In this document: in pieces, positions 11,419 to 22,907 of the stretch
How positions within the stretch are numbered: the first letter of the stretch is position 1
How the letters are laid out: every line of letters starts with the position of its first letter
Assembly: GCF_001194135.2 (NCBI RefSeq)
Contig: NC_068992.1
Span: 43,248,728-43,281,785 of the forward strand
DNA length: 33,058 bases
DNA from: Octopus bimaculoides
Lineage: Eukaryota
Direction of reading: 5' to 3'
The notes under the pieces: model-generated
Told to the model about the DNA's origin: nothing
Seen by the model: only the letters and a program-made list of their open reading frames with translations
Databases searched by the model: none
Program-made: the position numbers and the translations under genes

Positions 11419-12074
11419 ATATTATATTTTATATGTGTGTGTGTGTGTATTTGTGCATATATGTATGTACGTATGCATGCATAAATATCAAATAAAAGTA
11501 AAGAATGAGTTTCCAAGTGTTGCTCAGTTGTTTCGTTAGGACTTTTAATTTGATGTTAGCACAATACAATTGGTTCTCTTGTTGAGAAAAGGTCACCCTG
11601 TTTTGAGAAGTTGCCTGAAGAGCTTGCGAGTTGGTTAGTGTATTGTATAAGCTGAATAATTATAACATAGTAAATAAAATCTCCTGAAGAAACAATTGTA
11701 GCAATACTCGAAAATCCATTCGTTTATTTTATTTTATTTTATTTTATTTTACGCTCCTCTGTATATTTTATTCTTCTTTGAATATTTTACATACTATTGA
11801 AATGGAAGATTACCCGATCACGATGGCTTAACTTCAATGATGCCTTCTATGCTAATAATGGGTCACTTTAGTGTCAATTCCGCGGGACACAGTCTAGACA
11901 ATTATTAGCTTCCTTCGCATAGATATGCCTTGATTCTTTATGGATCAATACAGCTGTAAGAAATATGTGCGTAAGTATATATGTGTGTTTGTGTGTGTAC
12001 GTGTGAGTGTGTGCGTGCATGTGTATTTGTGTGCGAGTGTGTGTCATTGAATATATACACACCTTACATGTATG

Positions 12075-12215
12075 TATAGATATATTTTGGAAACCAGCTG
12101 CATTCTGGTCACCAATGTTGTCCGAAAACTACAAGTGAAAGGATACGTCTGTGGACCGTTGGTAAGGGGTTTGCATATCAAATATCCAAGATACATTTTC
12201 AGTTTTATAACTATT
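12075..12215 (+). pseudogene. Old, diverged RLE-domain fragment of a non-LTR retrotransposon
   Basis: ILETSCILVTNVVRKLQVKGYVCGPLVRGLHIKYPRYIFSFITI aligns with ISCPADVNIPLKIREKENNYAELLRNL-ILHPDY at 12454. Confidence 0.5.
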
Positions 12216-12720
12216 AAGGGCAATGTACGGCAGAAATTGTGTCCTTGGGAAAAAAACATGCAACTCTTTAATTCATACACTACAAGTGATCACGATATCT
12301 AGAACAATATAAATCTAGAGGACCGTTTTAAGAGCTAATGGATTATTATAAGAAAAAACAATGTTATCCCTCACAGTCGTACAACCAGGCCGGTAGCTAT
12401 TCAACATGAATTATAAATTAACAAGAGAAACAGAGAACATACATACATACATAATCAGCTGTCCTGCGGATGTCAACATCCCACTAAAGATTAGAGAAAA
12501 AGAGAACAACTACGCCGAGCTACTGAGAAATTTGTAGATACTCCACCCAGACTACCCGTGATTGTTAGGGCATTGGGATATGTAACGAACTGCCTCAACA
12601 AAAACCTGGAAAAATTAGGGTTCTCAAAACCTGAAAGAAAAAGGCTGATTAGAAGACTACATATTCAAGCCATCAATGGAACTGTAAAGATATTTAAAAC
12701 CTTCCAAAAAATTAACACAT

Positions 12721-12878
12721 AAATACATATGCATGCATCTAGACATGAAAATATATACATAAAAACGCATCCATAAAACAAACATACAAATCTATGCATA
12801 AATACATATGCATACGCCTAGACATGAAAATATATACATAAAAACACATCCATAAAACAAACATACAAATCTGCGCAT
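12721..12878 (+). repeat. 79-bp tandem duplication (2 copies) in the LINE 3' UTR
   Basis: aaatacatatgcat...ctagacatgaaaatatatacataaaaac...catacaaatct starts at 12721 and at 12800. Confidence 0.9.
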
Positions 12879-12934
12879 ACACTAACACCAAATACTGCAC
12901 ACACACACACACACACATATGCACAAATACCTAG

Positions 12935-13148
12935 ATGATGTTGATAAAAGTTCCAATGAAGGAGCCTTGAATCTATGTTAGAGTCCGGCTCTTTCTCTAT
13001 TGACAAGAAATACAGAAATGAAATTGATTGATAACATACATACAAAAATACTATGTTGTTGATGTTGAAATTCCAATGAAGGATCCTTGGATCTATATTA
13101 AAAACCGGCTCTTTCTTTATTGGCAAGAAATCTTGAAATAAAACTGAA
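12935..13148 (+). repeat. Imperfect direct duplication of the LINE 3' terminus (about 120-bp period)
   Basis: gatgttga..ttccaatgaagga.ccttg.atcta..tta.a..ccggctctttct.tattg.caagaaat occurs twice. Confidence 0.85.
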
Positions 13149-13725
13149 CAAATTACATACATACATACATACATGCATGCATATATACACACACACACAC
13201 ACGCACATACATACATACATACATACATACATGTACGAGTTTTGGCCCGAAAGAAATGCAAAATGTGTTTGACTTATGTTATTAATAGAATTAAGACTTT
13301 CAAATTTTAGATGATGCTGGAGTGGCTTGTCTTATATAATGCTCAATATAGTTTCCATGACGCGATGCATCTGTGCATTACATTCCTGTATTATACTCTT
13401 TGAGCCTTATATGATGCACGTTAAATGGCTTCACAAGTATACTGCACACATGTATATATACATGTATGCCTTATAAATTCATATTCATCCACACAATGTG
13501 TAGTACGCTTAGTTTTGTGAGTAAATAGCAATGTGAGAATTTAAATAGGCCATGGTTTTCATATAAAGAAATCAACCACTTATCTACCATGTTACAAATA
13601 GAATCTGTAAGGGGAACATTAAAAGTATGCAAGACATTTTTCAATTACATTTCTGGGTTTGTTTTTGTTATATGCGTTCAATTATCGGAATTTTGTATCC
13701 GTGTTAAAATCCAACACCTTTACAG

Positions 13726-13801
13726 AAAGACTTCAAGCACTTGAAGTCTTTGAAGCATTTCAAATTAGGAAAGAATATGCGTCTGTACATAATCATATAA
13801 G
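13726..13801 (+). other. Candidate exon starting with a perfect 12-bp hairpin
   Basis: Acceptor cctttacag; frame (E)[25 protein letters not shown]; donor AGG|gtagat at the start of the (GATA)n tract; no recognised homolog. Confidence 0.2.
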
Positions 13802-13803
13802 GG

Positions 13804-13862
<59 letters not shown>

Positions 13863-13945
13863 GAAGGTAGGTAGGTAGGTAGGTAGGTAGGTAGGTAAGT
13901 AAGTAAGTAGATAGGTAGATAGATAGACAGATAGATAGATAGATC

Positions 13946-13981
<36 letters not shown>
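13802..13981. repeat. (GATA)n/(GGTA)n/(AGTA)n compound microsatellite
   Basis: Directly visible. Confidence 0.97.
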
Positions 13982-14553
13982 TTGACATGTATGCATTTGC
14001 GAATGTATATTTGTGTGCATCGTGTGTGCATGAGTGTAAAAGTATTTTCTATATAAACATTCTTAATTAGGTGTTAGTGTGTGCTTATGGATATTTCCAA
14101 CAAATTTAGGTACATAGTGCACATACATTATGAAGTAGTGTGGGAATACAATAATAATAAGCTGAAATTTAATTAAATTTGACAAAACTAACGAGAGAAA
14201 ATTGAGCAAAATTTCAACACAAATTTTCATAATTTTTGTTTCACACAGGATAAATATTAAAAATAAAACACTTATATTTGAATGTACCCATTAACAGAGA
14301 ATGCAATTATAAAGCGGAGGCTGTGAACTTAAAAATCATTACTTGGAATCTCTTTTCCAACTGAGGTTTTACCTAGTTTAATTAATGCAATAATTAGTAA
14401 AATAAGCTTCTGGTTAAACAGCGAAATTGTTTTCATGCTTCTAATGTACTTGAACTGATAATTTTGATTTCACGTGAAATTGTGTAATTAAAATGAAAAT
14501 ATGAACAGAATAAATACAACATAAGTATGTGTGTACGTGTGTATATATACATA

Positions 14554-14607
<54 letters not shown>

Positions 14608-15202
14608 TTATATATATTTTCTTTGTATTCTTTTCGTATATTTGCTGTAATTTAATAATGTTTTTGCTCTATTTAATGCATGTGATTGATGTCATACATG
14701 CAACCTACGCGCGTTTCTTTCTGTGTATACACATACACGCAAACAGGTGTATTCACACACGCATTTATTTATACTCATGTATTTATATAGGCGTATCTTA
14801 GCAGTCTTTTGTGTGTGTATATGTGTTCGTGTGTACGCGTGCGCGTATACATATAAAAGTATTATGCTGACGTATGTACTGTAGTAGTCAAAATTAGAGA
14901 ACGAAAATGAAATTTAATATTTACATTTCTGAACATTCCTACTTCATTTTTCTGAATGGGATTTTTACTGCATATACCTTAAAGTATATACATTATTTAT
15001 AATAAATTTTGTAGGAACTGATTTATAACTAAATAATTCACGATAGAAAAAATATTTATTTGAAAAATACAAGATGGACAAAATTAGAGAATGTATGGTA
15101 TAAAATAAAAAAAATGTAAAATGTGACAACACTGCCACAGATGTAAATTAAGTTCACCTAAATGTGCAAATATTTATATAGGACATTAGTGTATTAACAA
15201 CC

Positions 15203-15880
15203 ATGGAAAACCGATGTAAAGTTGATGAAAGCTTCAGGAAGCGGGTAGTCACATTGAAAAAAGAAGGAATGGCAATTTCTGCTATCGCCAGATCAAAGAG
15301 TGTTGTTTCAAGAATACTCAAGCTTGATGACGATACAAGCTCGTTTGTGTCATTACAAAAACGAAGAAGACCAAGGAAAACAAGTGTTTGCCAAGACCGT
15401 GTGATTGAGAGGCTGTCGTTAAGAGACCATTTCGATACTGCAGCAGGAATTTCTCGCAAAGTAAATCGTGATTATGGAATGAATGTGTCTCGGAGGACTG
15501 TGGCTTGTCGTTTGAAGAAACTTAGACTTCATGCCCATTTAATCTGCCTCTAAACTACTCAACAGTTTGAGGCACCGAAAAGCGAGGTTAGTCTTTACAA
15601 ATGAGCACGTACGTTGGACGGGCAACAACTGATCGCGTGTATTCTTCAGTGATGAAAGCAAATTCAATTTGGTTGGTTCTGATTGTAGCCAATACATGAG
15701 ATGTCGTAAAAATGAAAGGTTGCTCCCTGAATGCATCAAGATGTCAGTGAAGTTTGGAAGTGGGGGTTTAATCGAATGGGGAATGATTTCTGAAGCAGGT
15801 GTTGGGCCTTTGATCCGATGCCACAGTAATGTGAGTAAACACGAGTCATAGGGTACTCTGCTGAAGAAAGTTTCCCAAGT
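15203..15880 (+). pseudogene. Tc1-family transposase, decayed (paired-like HTH to the first catalytic Asp)
   Basis: RSKSVVSRIL, RRPRKTS..QDR, VSRRTVACRL, then frameshifted VFFSDESKFNLVGSD and KFGSGGLIEWGMISEAGVGPL; possible left TIR TA-ctgtagtagtcaaaattagagaac at 14877-14902 with an inner repeat at 15076-15091. Confidence 0.92.
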
Positions 15881-16659
15881 AAAATATATTTTTATCTTGC
15901 TAAATAACTTGAAACCATGGTACAGAGTATAGACTGGTAAAAGTTTTTATTTTCCATTCTCTTTCGAAATTATCCCTATTTTTGTGGTATAGACTTTTTT
16001 GCTGCTCTTTCTAGCGAGTTAGATGTCCTATTATAGGCATCTCTGTATTTTAATGAATAATATATATATAGTCTACTGACTAATTTTTGTTCTCGCTGGA
16101 CCACTGGTGGTAAATTAAATTTCTAAAATTTGTTTGCTGCCCTATGATTTATTAATAATAACATATATATATATATNNNNNNNNNNNNNNNNNNNNNNNN
16201 NNNNNNNNNNNNNNNNNNNNNNNNNNNNNNNNNNNNNNNNNNNNNNNNNNNNNNNNNNNNNNNNNNNNNNNNNNNNNNNNNNNNNNNNNNNNNNNNNNNN
16301 NNNNNNNNNNNNNNNNNNNNNNNNNNNNNNNNNNNNNNNNNNNNNNNNNNNNNNNNNNNNNNNNNNNNNNNNNNNNNNNNNNNNNNNNNNNNNNNNNNNN
16401 NNNNNNNNNNNNNNNNNNNNNNNNNNNNNNNNNNNNNNNNNNNNNNNNNNNNNNNNNNNNNNNNNNNNNNNNNNNNNNNNNNNNNNNNNNNNNNNNNNNN
16501 NNNNNNNNNNNNNNNNNNNNNNNNNNNNNNNNNNNNNNNNNNNNNNNNNNNNNNNNNNNNNNNNNNNNNNNNNNNNNNNNNNNNNNNNNNNNNNNNNNNN
16601 NNNNNNNNNNNNNNNNNNNNNNNNNNNNNNNNNNNNNNNNNNNNNNNNNNNNNTATATA

Positions 16660-16814
16660 TATATGACTGTGTAGTAAGTAGCTTGCTTACCAACCACATG
16701 GTTCTAGGTTCATAATTGAGCAAGTGTCTTCTACTATAACCTCGTGCCGACCAAAACCTTGCGAGTGGATTTGGTAGACGGAAACTAAAAGCATTCTGTC
16801 GTATACATGTGTGT

Positions 16815-16859
<45 letters not shown>

Positions 16860-17088
16860 TGTTTGTGTGTCTGTGTTAGTCCTCCACCATCGCTTGACAA
16901 TCGATGGCGGCGTGTCTACGTCCCTGTAACTAAGTTACAGTAACAAAGTTACGGTTCGGTAAAAGAAGGCGATAGAATAAGTTCTAGGCTTACAAAGAAT
17001 AAGTTCTGTGGTCGATTTGTTCGACTAAAGGTGGTTCTCCAACATGGCCGCAGTCAAATGACTGAAATAAATAAAGGAATAAAAGAAT
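16660..17088 (+). mobile_element. tRNA-derived SINE (main family), near full length
   Basis: Head gactgtgtagtaagtagcttgcttaccaaccacatggttctaggttca, body, central (GT)n, 3' ggccgcagtcaaatgactgaaa and a (taaaagaa)-type tail. Confidence 0.9.
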
Positions 17089-17691
17089 ATATATATATGA
17101 TGACATAGCCTTTTTTTATATTCCGTCAATGATTACAATCACACGTCCAATCAAGCATTTCCTTTATCTATAACTCACCCAACTCATCGAATACCAGTTA
17201 CACAAGCGTTGAAAGAAAGTGCTTCTATGTGTTCACACGCTACGCTAGAAAATTCAATAATGTTCTCCTCAATTCCCAACCTTCATTATTTAGACAGAAA
17301 AGACATTGAAGGAAATATTGTGGAAAAACCGACGAGTTGGTTACGTCTGGAACGTCTCTGTCTGTAAGTTCTATCTAGTAGTACTTCCAAAAATGCATCA
17401 CCTGTAAAAACAAGGGTAATGAGCTATGTATGAAAAAACTCTAAACTTCTATTTTTTAATATAATTCATTTCTATTTACGGATTTTCTATTAGCTCGGTG
17501 TTCCAGCTACAAACAACAGCCCAATGTCTCTCAAACTATCTTCTACCGTCGTTTCAAAGGAAAGGGTATATTAAATTATGTAGACTGAAATTAATTGTCT
17601 GGAAAATGTGTTGAACCACAACTAAAATGTTTCTGCCCATAGGTTTACTTCAGGAGCGATGGCCTATGGCGGAACAACAGTTTTTCCTTAC

Positions 17692-17860
17692 ATAGGCGCG
17701 GCCGTGGCTGAGTGGTAAGAACTTTGCTTCCTAAGCACATGGTTCAAGATTTAGTCCCACTACGCGGCATTTTGAGCATGTGTGTTTTACGATAGCCTCG
17801 AGCCAACCAAATATTTGTCAGTGGATTGAGCAGACGGAGACTGAAAGAAGCCTGTCATAT
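17692..17860 (+). mobile_element. SINE 5' half with tRNA-like head
   Basis: ggcgcggccgtggctgagtggtaagaac (A-box) ... ggttcaagatttagtccc (B-box region) ... ctgaaagaagcctgtc. Confidence 0.85.
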
Positions 17861-18151
17861 ATATATATGTGTGTGTGTGTGTGTCTGTGTGTGTGTATCT
17901 ATCTATCTATCTATCTATCTGTGTTTTCTCGTCTCTGTTTTGTTTGCAATGTCCTGTACCCAGATATGCACCTCTACATACAGGTGGATGTCGGTATGCA
18001 CATACCTGTACGTATATATGCATATACTCATTTACTATTTGTTTTTACATGACTGAACGCAGCGTCTCCAATTGTAAGTAGTTTTTCGTAACTTCATATT
18101 TTCCGACGCTACTCTATCTCTTTCTCTTCCTCTATCATTTCCCCCCCACCA

Positions 18152-18388
18152 CTCGTTCTTCCTCTGTTACTACTACGTATCTCGTTTTACCCCTCTCGTT
18201 CTTCCTCTGTTACTACTACGTATCTCTTTTTTCCCCCTCGTACTTCCTCTCTTCTCTTTTCCTCTCGTTGCTCACCTATTCTTCTACTTCCTCCCTTTGT
18301 TTCTCCCTCTAACACTCTCTCTCTTCCCCCTCGTTCTTCCTCTTTACTACTACGTATCTCGCTTTACCCCTCTCGTTCTTCCTCTGTT
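18152..18388 (+). repeat. About 43-bp pyrimidine-rich minisatellite running into gap 18389-19376
   Basis: Unit ctcgttcttcctctgttactactacgtatctcgttttacccct at about 18152, 18195, 18330 and 18372. Confidence 0.85.
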
Positions 18389-19414
18389 NNNNNNNNNNNN
18401 NNNNNNNNNNNNNNNNNNNNNNNNNNNNNNNNNNNNNNNNNNNNNNNNNNNNNNNNNNNNNNNNNNNNNNNNNNNNNNNNNNNNNNNNNNNNNNNNNNNN
18501 NNNNNNNNNNNNNNNNNNNNNNNNNNNNNNNNNNNNNNNNNNNNNNNNNNNNNNNNNNNNNNNNNNNNNNNNNNNNNNNNNNNNNNNNNNNNNNNNNNNN
18601 NNNNNNNNNNNNNNNNNNNNNNNNNNNNNNNNNNNNNNNNNNNNNNNNNNNNNNNNNNNNNNNNNNNNNNNNNNNNNNNNNNNNNNNNNNNNNNNNNNNN
18701 NNNNNNNNNNNNNNNNNNNNNNNNNNNNNNNNNNNNNNNNNNNNNNNNNNNNNNNNNNNNNNNNNNNNNNNNNNNNNNNNNNNNNNNNNNNNNNNNNNNN
18801 NNNNNNNNNNNNNNNNNNNNNNNNNNNNNNNNNNNNNNNNNNNNNNNNNNNNNNNNNNNNNNNNNNNNNNNNNNNNNNNNNNNNNNNNNNNNNNNNNNNN
18901 NNNNNNNNNNNNNNNNNNNNNNNNNNNNNNNNNNNNNNNNNNNNNNNNNNNNNNNNNNNNNNNNNNNNNNNNNNNNNNNNNNNNNNNNNNNNNNNNNNNN
19001 NNNNNNNNNNNNNNNNNNNNNNNNNNNNNNNNNNNNNNNNNNNNNNNNNNNNNNNNNNNNNNNNNNNNNNNNNNNNNNNNNNNNNNNNNNNNNNNNNNNN
19101 NNNNNNNNNNNNNNNNNNNNNNNNNNNNNNNNNNNNNNNNNNNNNNNNNNNNNNNNNNNNNNNNNNNNNNNNNNNNNNNNNNNNNNNNNNNNNNNNNNNN
19201 NNNNNNNNNNNNNNNNNNNNNNNNNNNNNNNNNNNNNNNNNNNNNNNNNNNNNNNNNNNNNNNNNNNNNNNNNNNNNNNNNNNNNNNNNNNNNNNNNNNN
19301 NNNNNNNNNNNNNNNNNNNNNNNNNNNNNNNNNNNNNNNNNNNNNNNNNNNNNNNNNNNNNNNNNNNNNNNNNNNNATATATATGTAAATATCTATGCAT
19401 GCGTGTCTTTGTAT

Positions 19415-19624
19415 TTGTGTTTGTATCCCAGCATCGCTTGTCAACCAGTGTTGGTGTGCTCACGTCCCCGTAAGTTAGTGGTTCGGCAAAAGTGAGCCAA
19501 TAGAATAAGCACCAGGCTTTAAAATCGTAAGTACTGCTGTCGACTCGTTCGACTAATATTCTTCAATGTGGTGCCCCAGCATGGCCGTAGTATAATGGCT
19601 GAAACAAGTAAACGATAAAAGATA
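19415..19624 (+). mobile_element. SINE 3' half
   Basis: catcgcttgtcaacc...cgtccccgtaagttagtggttcggcaaaag...ccagcatggccg...gaaacaagtaaacgataaaagataa. Confidence 0.88.
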
Positions 19625-19992
19625 AGAGAACATCATCCTGTGATGCACTTGGGGCCATCATCAATGATGTTTCTTAGGGCTCATTAGGCGTTTTGAGTCG
19701 TTCAAAATCAAACACTTACTCAGGTGAACCAACTGAGATTGATCGAACCCCAATTTGTGTCAAGTTAGCATTACTTCAGGTAGTACAGCGCCTTACAGGA
19801 CTCGCAGTTCTTGAGCCATAATCACCTTTAGCTAAGTTCGGCTGCCCCATTACCAACCAGATACCCTTCCGCCTACAGATGAAAAAACGAATGTTACAAA
19901 CAACTGTAAGCAAATTCATTTCCATAATGTCTTTACACACCAGGAACTGACTCTGACACGGTTTGATTCTATCTCATCTATTAAAGGAATAA

Positions 19993-20427
19993 GATTCTTT
20001 TATTTGTTTCAGTCATTTAACTGCGGCCATGCTGGAGCATCGCCTTTAATCGAATAAATCGACCCCAGAACTTATTCTTTGTAAGCCTAGTACTTCTTCT
20101 ATTGGTCACTTTTGCCGAACCGGAGACGTAAACACACTGACATCGGTTGTCAGACGATGGCGGGGTGACAAACACAAACACACAAATAATATTGGGTTGT
20201 CCGGAAAGTTCGTACCGATTTATAGTAGCTTACCTTTCGACTTAGTTGCCATGAAACTACCTCAATTCTGGGAAGAGGGTATTTTCAAGTTAAAGGGAAG
20301 CTAGAGACGCATTGTGCAACAAAATGGTTCATAATTGGATGATTAAAAATGTAATGGCAAGTATTTATTGACCGTCTTCTTTCCTTTAAAAATCGGCACG
20401 AACTTTCCAGACAACCCAATACATATG

Positions 20428-20464
<37 letters not shown>

Positions 20465-20628
20465 GACGGGCTTCTTTCAGTTTTCATCTACCAAATCCAC
20501 TCACAAAGCTTTGGTCGGCCCGTAGCTATATTATACGACACTTGTCGAAGGTGGCACACAGTGGGACTGAACCCAGATCCATTTGGTTGGGAAGCAAACG
20601 TCTTACCACACAGCCACTCCTGCGTCTA
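19993..20628 (-). mobile_element. Full SINE interrupted by a mariner MITE
   Basis: 3' half at 19993-20189 and 5' half with tRNA head at about 20422-20628 are both reverse complements of the SINE; the MITE sits in the central microsatellite. Confidence 0.9.
20192..20419. mobile_element. Complete 228-bp mariner-derived MITE with TIRs and TA target-site duplication
   Basis: TA|TTGGGTTGTCCGGAAAGTTCGTACCGATTT ... AAATCGGCACGAACTTTCCAGACAACCCAA|TA (30-bp TIR, 2 mismatches); internal remnant FWEEGIFKL..RIVQQNG resembles a mariner C-terminus. Confidence 0.93.
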
Positions 20629-21015
20629 TATTTAAGATGCTTTAAAATAATACTCTATTGCTAAGCAATATTACTTAAGATGAATATTGTTAAGTAATAT
20701 TACTTAAGATGAAAGATTACAGCTAAGCCAAACTTCATACTCAGGGAATAATAGGGATTCAAACAATGGTACAGCTGACAGCATACAAAGCCAACATTCA
20801 TATGCTTAATTAACAGCCGAAAAGTAACTCCTCGTGACAACATAAGACTTTTAAGACTTCAAAGCATTACAAACCTTTTACATATCCCAACAGCTACTAT
20901 AAACTACTCAGACACAAGTAATTTGTTTTAACACTTTTACACTGAATACTATAAACTATATTTCTGTACAATTTTGACTTATATTTCTCTGCACTGCACG
21001 GTTTGTTTCTAATTA

Positions 21016-22175
21016 CACTGGTCAACAAAATGAAACTTGTTTTAATCATCAGAGTTGCTGATTGACTTTTCTGGTTTAATGTTTGATGCTGATTACAAAT
21101 AGAGTAAGTCCGATTTCCTCTATCAAGTTACATTTTCATGTTAATGATACCTGCTGTTTTAACTTATAGGATACGTAAAGCATGTCTATATAAAGTATAT
21201 TGAATACAATATACGATAATTTCATGGCTTTTTATTGTACAAAATTAAAATTATTGTGTACAAATAAGTTAGAATACACTCAAATGGATAACAACGTAAA
21301 ATCCTGCATTCCAAAATCCTTGATTACGTTGTTCCATCGATGCAATATCTTGATGAAAGCGTTCCCCTTGCTCATCAGACACTGCTCCAAGGTTCTCTGC
21401 AAAAAAGTCCAGATGTTAATCAAGGGTATGGATTTTTAGTGACATCCCATTGCAGCGTAGGAGTCTAGAAGACATTTCACTCCACTTCTGAACTCAAGAG
21501 ATCTCTTGTTGCCTAGGAAATTTTCACAGAGCAATTTGAAGGATTTCCTGGCCTTAAGCTCAATCTCATCCAGTGCTGTGAGGAAGTGGTTGTCCTTCAG
21601 GAGTTCTTTTATTTGCGAACCTATGAATACGCCCTTCTTCAGTTTTGCCTCGGTGATATTTGGAAATTTGGCTTTCACATATTCAAAACCTTTTGAGCTT
21701 TTCCTGGTTAGTGTCTTCACGAATTGTGTCATGAAACCAAGCTTTATGTGAAGAGGGGGAAGAAGAACATTTTCTGGGTTTAAAAGTAGCTTACTATGGA
21801 CGCTAGAAACTCCCGGCTCCTATGATCTTCGCAAAGGCCACTCTGAGTGCACATAGTGCTTGTTTGTTGGTTTCACGTCTGTCCCATAGGCATAAAAAGT
21901 AACAATAATTCGTGAATCCAGATTGCATTCCCATCAACATTCCAATCACCTTCAAGTCTCCACATATTTTCCGGCTGTAGTTTGTATACATTATGGCATT
22001 GAGGAGTACTTGCGTGTTTTCATAACACACCTTCATGTGCATTGCATGTCTTATGGGAATGGATGGTTTCTTATTGCCGTTGTGTAGTAGTACTGCATTG
22101 AGGCTTCTCTTAGATGAATCAATGAATAAGTTCCATTCAGCTGGAACACGCTCTTGAAACAAACATTCTACTGGT
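21016..22175 (-). mobile_element. 3' half of a Chapaev3-like (CMC superfamily) DNA transposon, decayed
   Basis: EWNLFIDSSKRSLNAVLLHNGN, ICGDLKVIGMLMGMQSGFTNYCYFLCLWD, LLPPLHIKLG, AKLKKGVFIG, frameshifted LGAVSDEQGERFHQDIASME; terminus TTA|CACTGGTCAACAAAATG at 21013-21032; superfamily assigned from recalled motifs. Confidence 0.75.
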
Positions 22176-22184
22176 ACATACAGG

Positions 22185-22850
22185 AACATCCATACGTAAA
22201 TACCTATCAAGGCTGTGGTCACGCGCAGAACAACAGCCTTGAACACTGGCGAGCTGTCCTATTTCGCAACACTAATATGTGCCTACGTACATACGTAGTA
22301 TACCAGATACGATACTCCAAATGCAACAACTGTTACATGCGTAGCACAGTTCGACCACTCCGTATCCGAATGAAGGAGCACCTCATTAGTGACGCATCTT
22401 GATTTTGAAAGTGCGGCAACACCACTACAAAAACAGTCGCCTTGAAACTGGTCTCGGACAAGAACACTGGAAATATTCGATTCAAAGAAGTTATATTGAT
22501 CCACTGCCTCAGCCCGAAAATTAACAGCCGATTGGAGATTAGCCGGTGGCTCCAATGAAAACATCACCACGACTGCGAGGAACATTATAAGATACGCCAC
22601 GAACAGCATCTTCCCCACCACCATGTGAAAATAAGTCACAACAACCAGCAGTTGGAAAGTTACTTGCACCAGCAGTTGGAGAGTTGCTGCTACCGCTACT
22701 AAGCCAAACGCCGAGTGGTTTAAATGAAATAACGAAATTGATGTGACTAGATATTTCTTCGACTGCTTCCTTCTAAGGATTGACATTTGCGCCTGAAATA
22801 TAAAGGTTTTTGTAAAACTTTGTCCATTGTTAGAAACAATTTCATTTTAT
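22185..22850 (+). mobile_element. Penelope-like element 3' end: GIY-YIG endonuclease remnant plus pLTR-like tail
   Basis: NMCLRTYVVYQIRYSKCNNCYMRSTVRPLRIRMKEHL...NIRFKEVILIHCLSPKINSR; degenerate hammerhead at 22769-22806. Confidence 0.85.
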
Positions 22851-22876
22851 ATTTTATATATGTATGTATATATGTA

Positions 22877-22907
<31 letters not shown>

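Larger units (their letters stand above)
12454..13155 (+). mobile_element. 5'-truncated RLE-type LINE (R4/Dong-like): endonuclease C-terminus plus 3' UTR
   Basis: ISCPADVNIPLKIREKENNYAELLRNL*ILHPDY/PVIVRALGYVTNCLNKNLEKLGFSKPERKRLIRRLHIQAINGTVKIFKTFQKINT*; the E/D-x-K..Y..L and PxIxGxLG-like RLE motifs are present; (ACAT)n on both sides. Confidence 0.8.

Noticed and set aside
11684-11715. CTGAAGA...GAAA hammerhead-like spacing
   Set aside because: Helix II is weak and no helix I/III pairing was found
13309-13338. DAGVAC peptide after an acceptor, resembling an SRCR domain end
   Set aside because: Only 6 residues, immediate stop, and no other SRCR exon found
14344-14373. Minus-strand GKTSVGK P-loop-like microexon
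   Set aside because: Too short, and no flanking kinase motifs were found
18152-18388. Regularly spaced repeats as a CRISPR array
   Set aside because: Eukaryotic context, no unique spacers and no cas genes; an ordinary minisatellite
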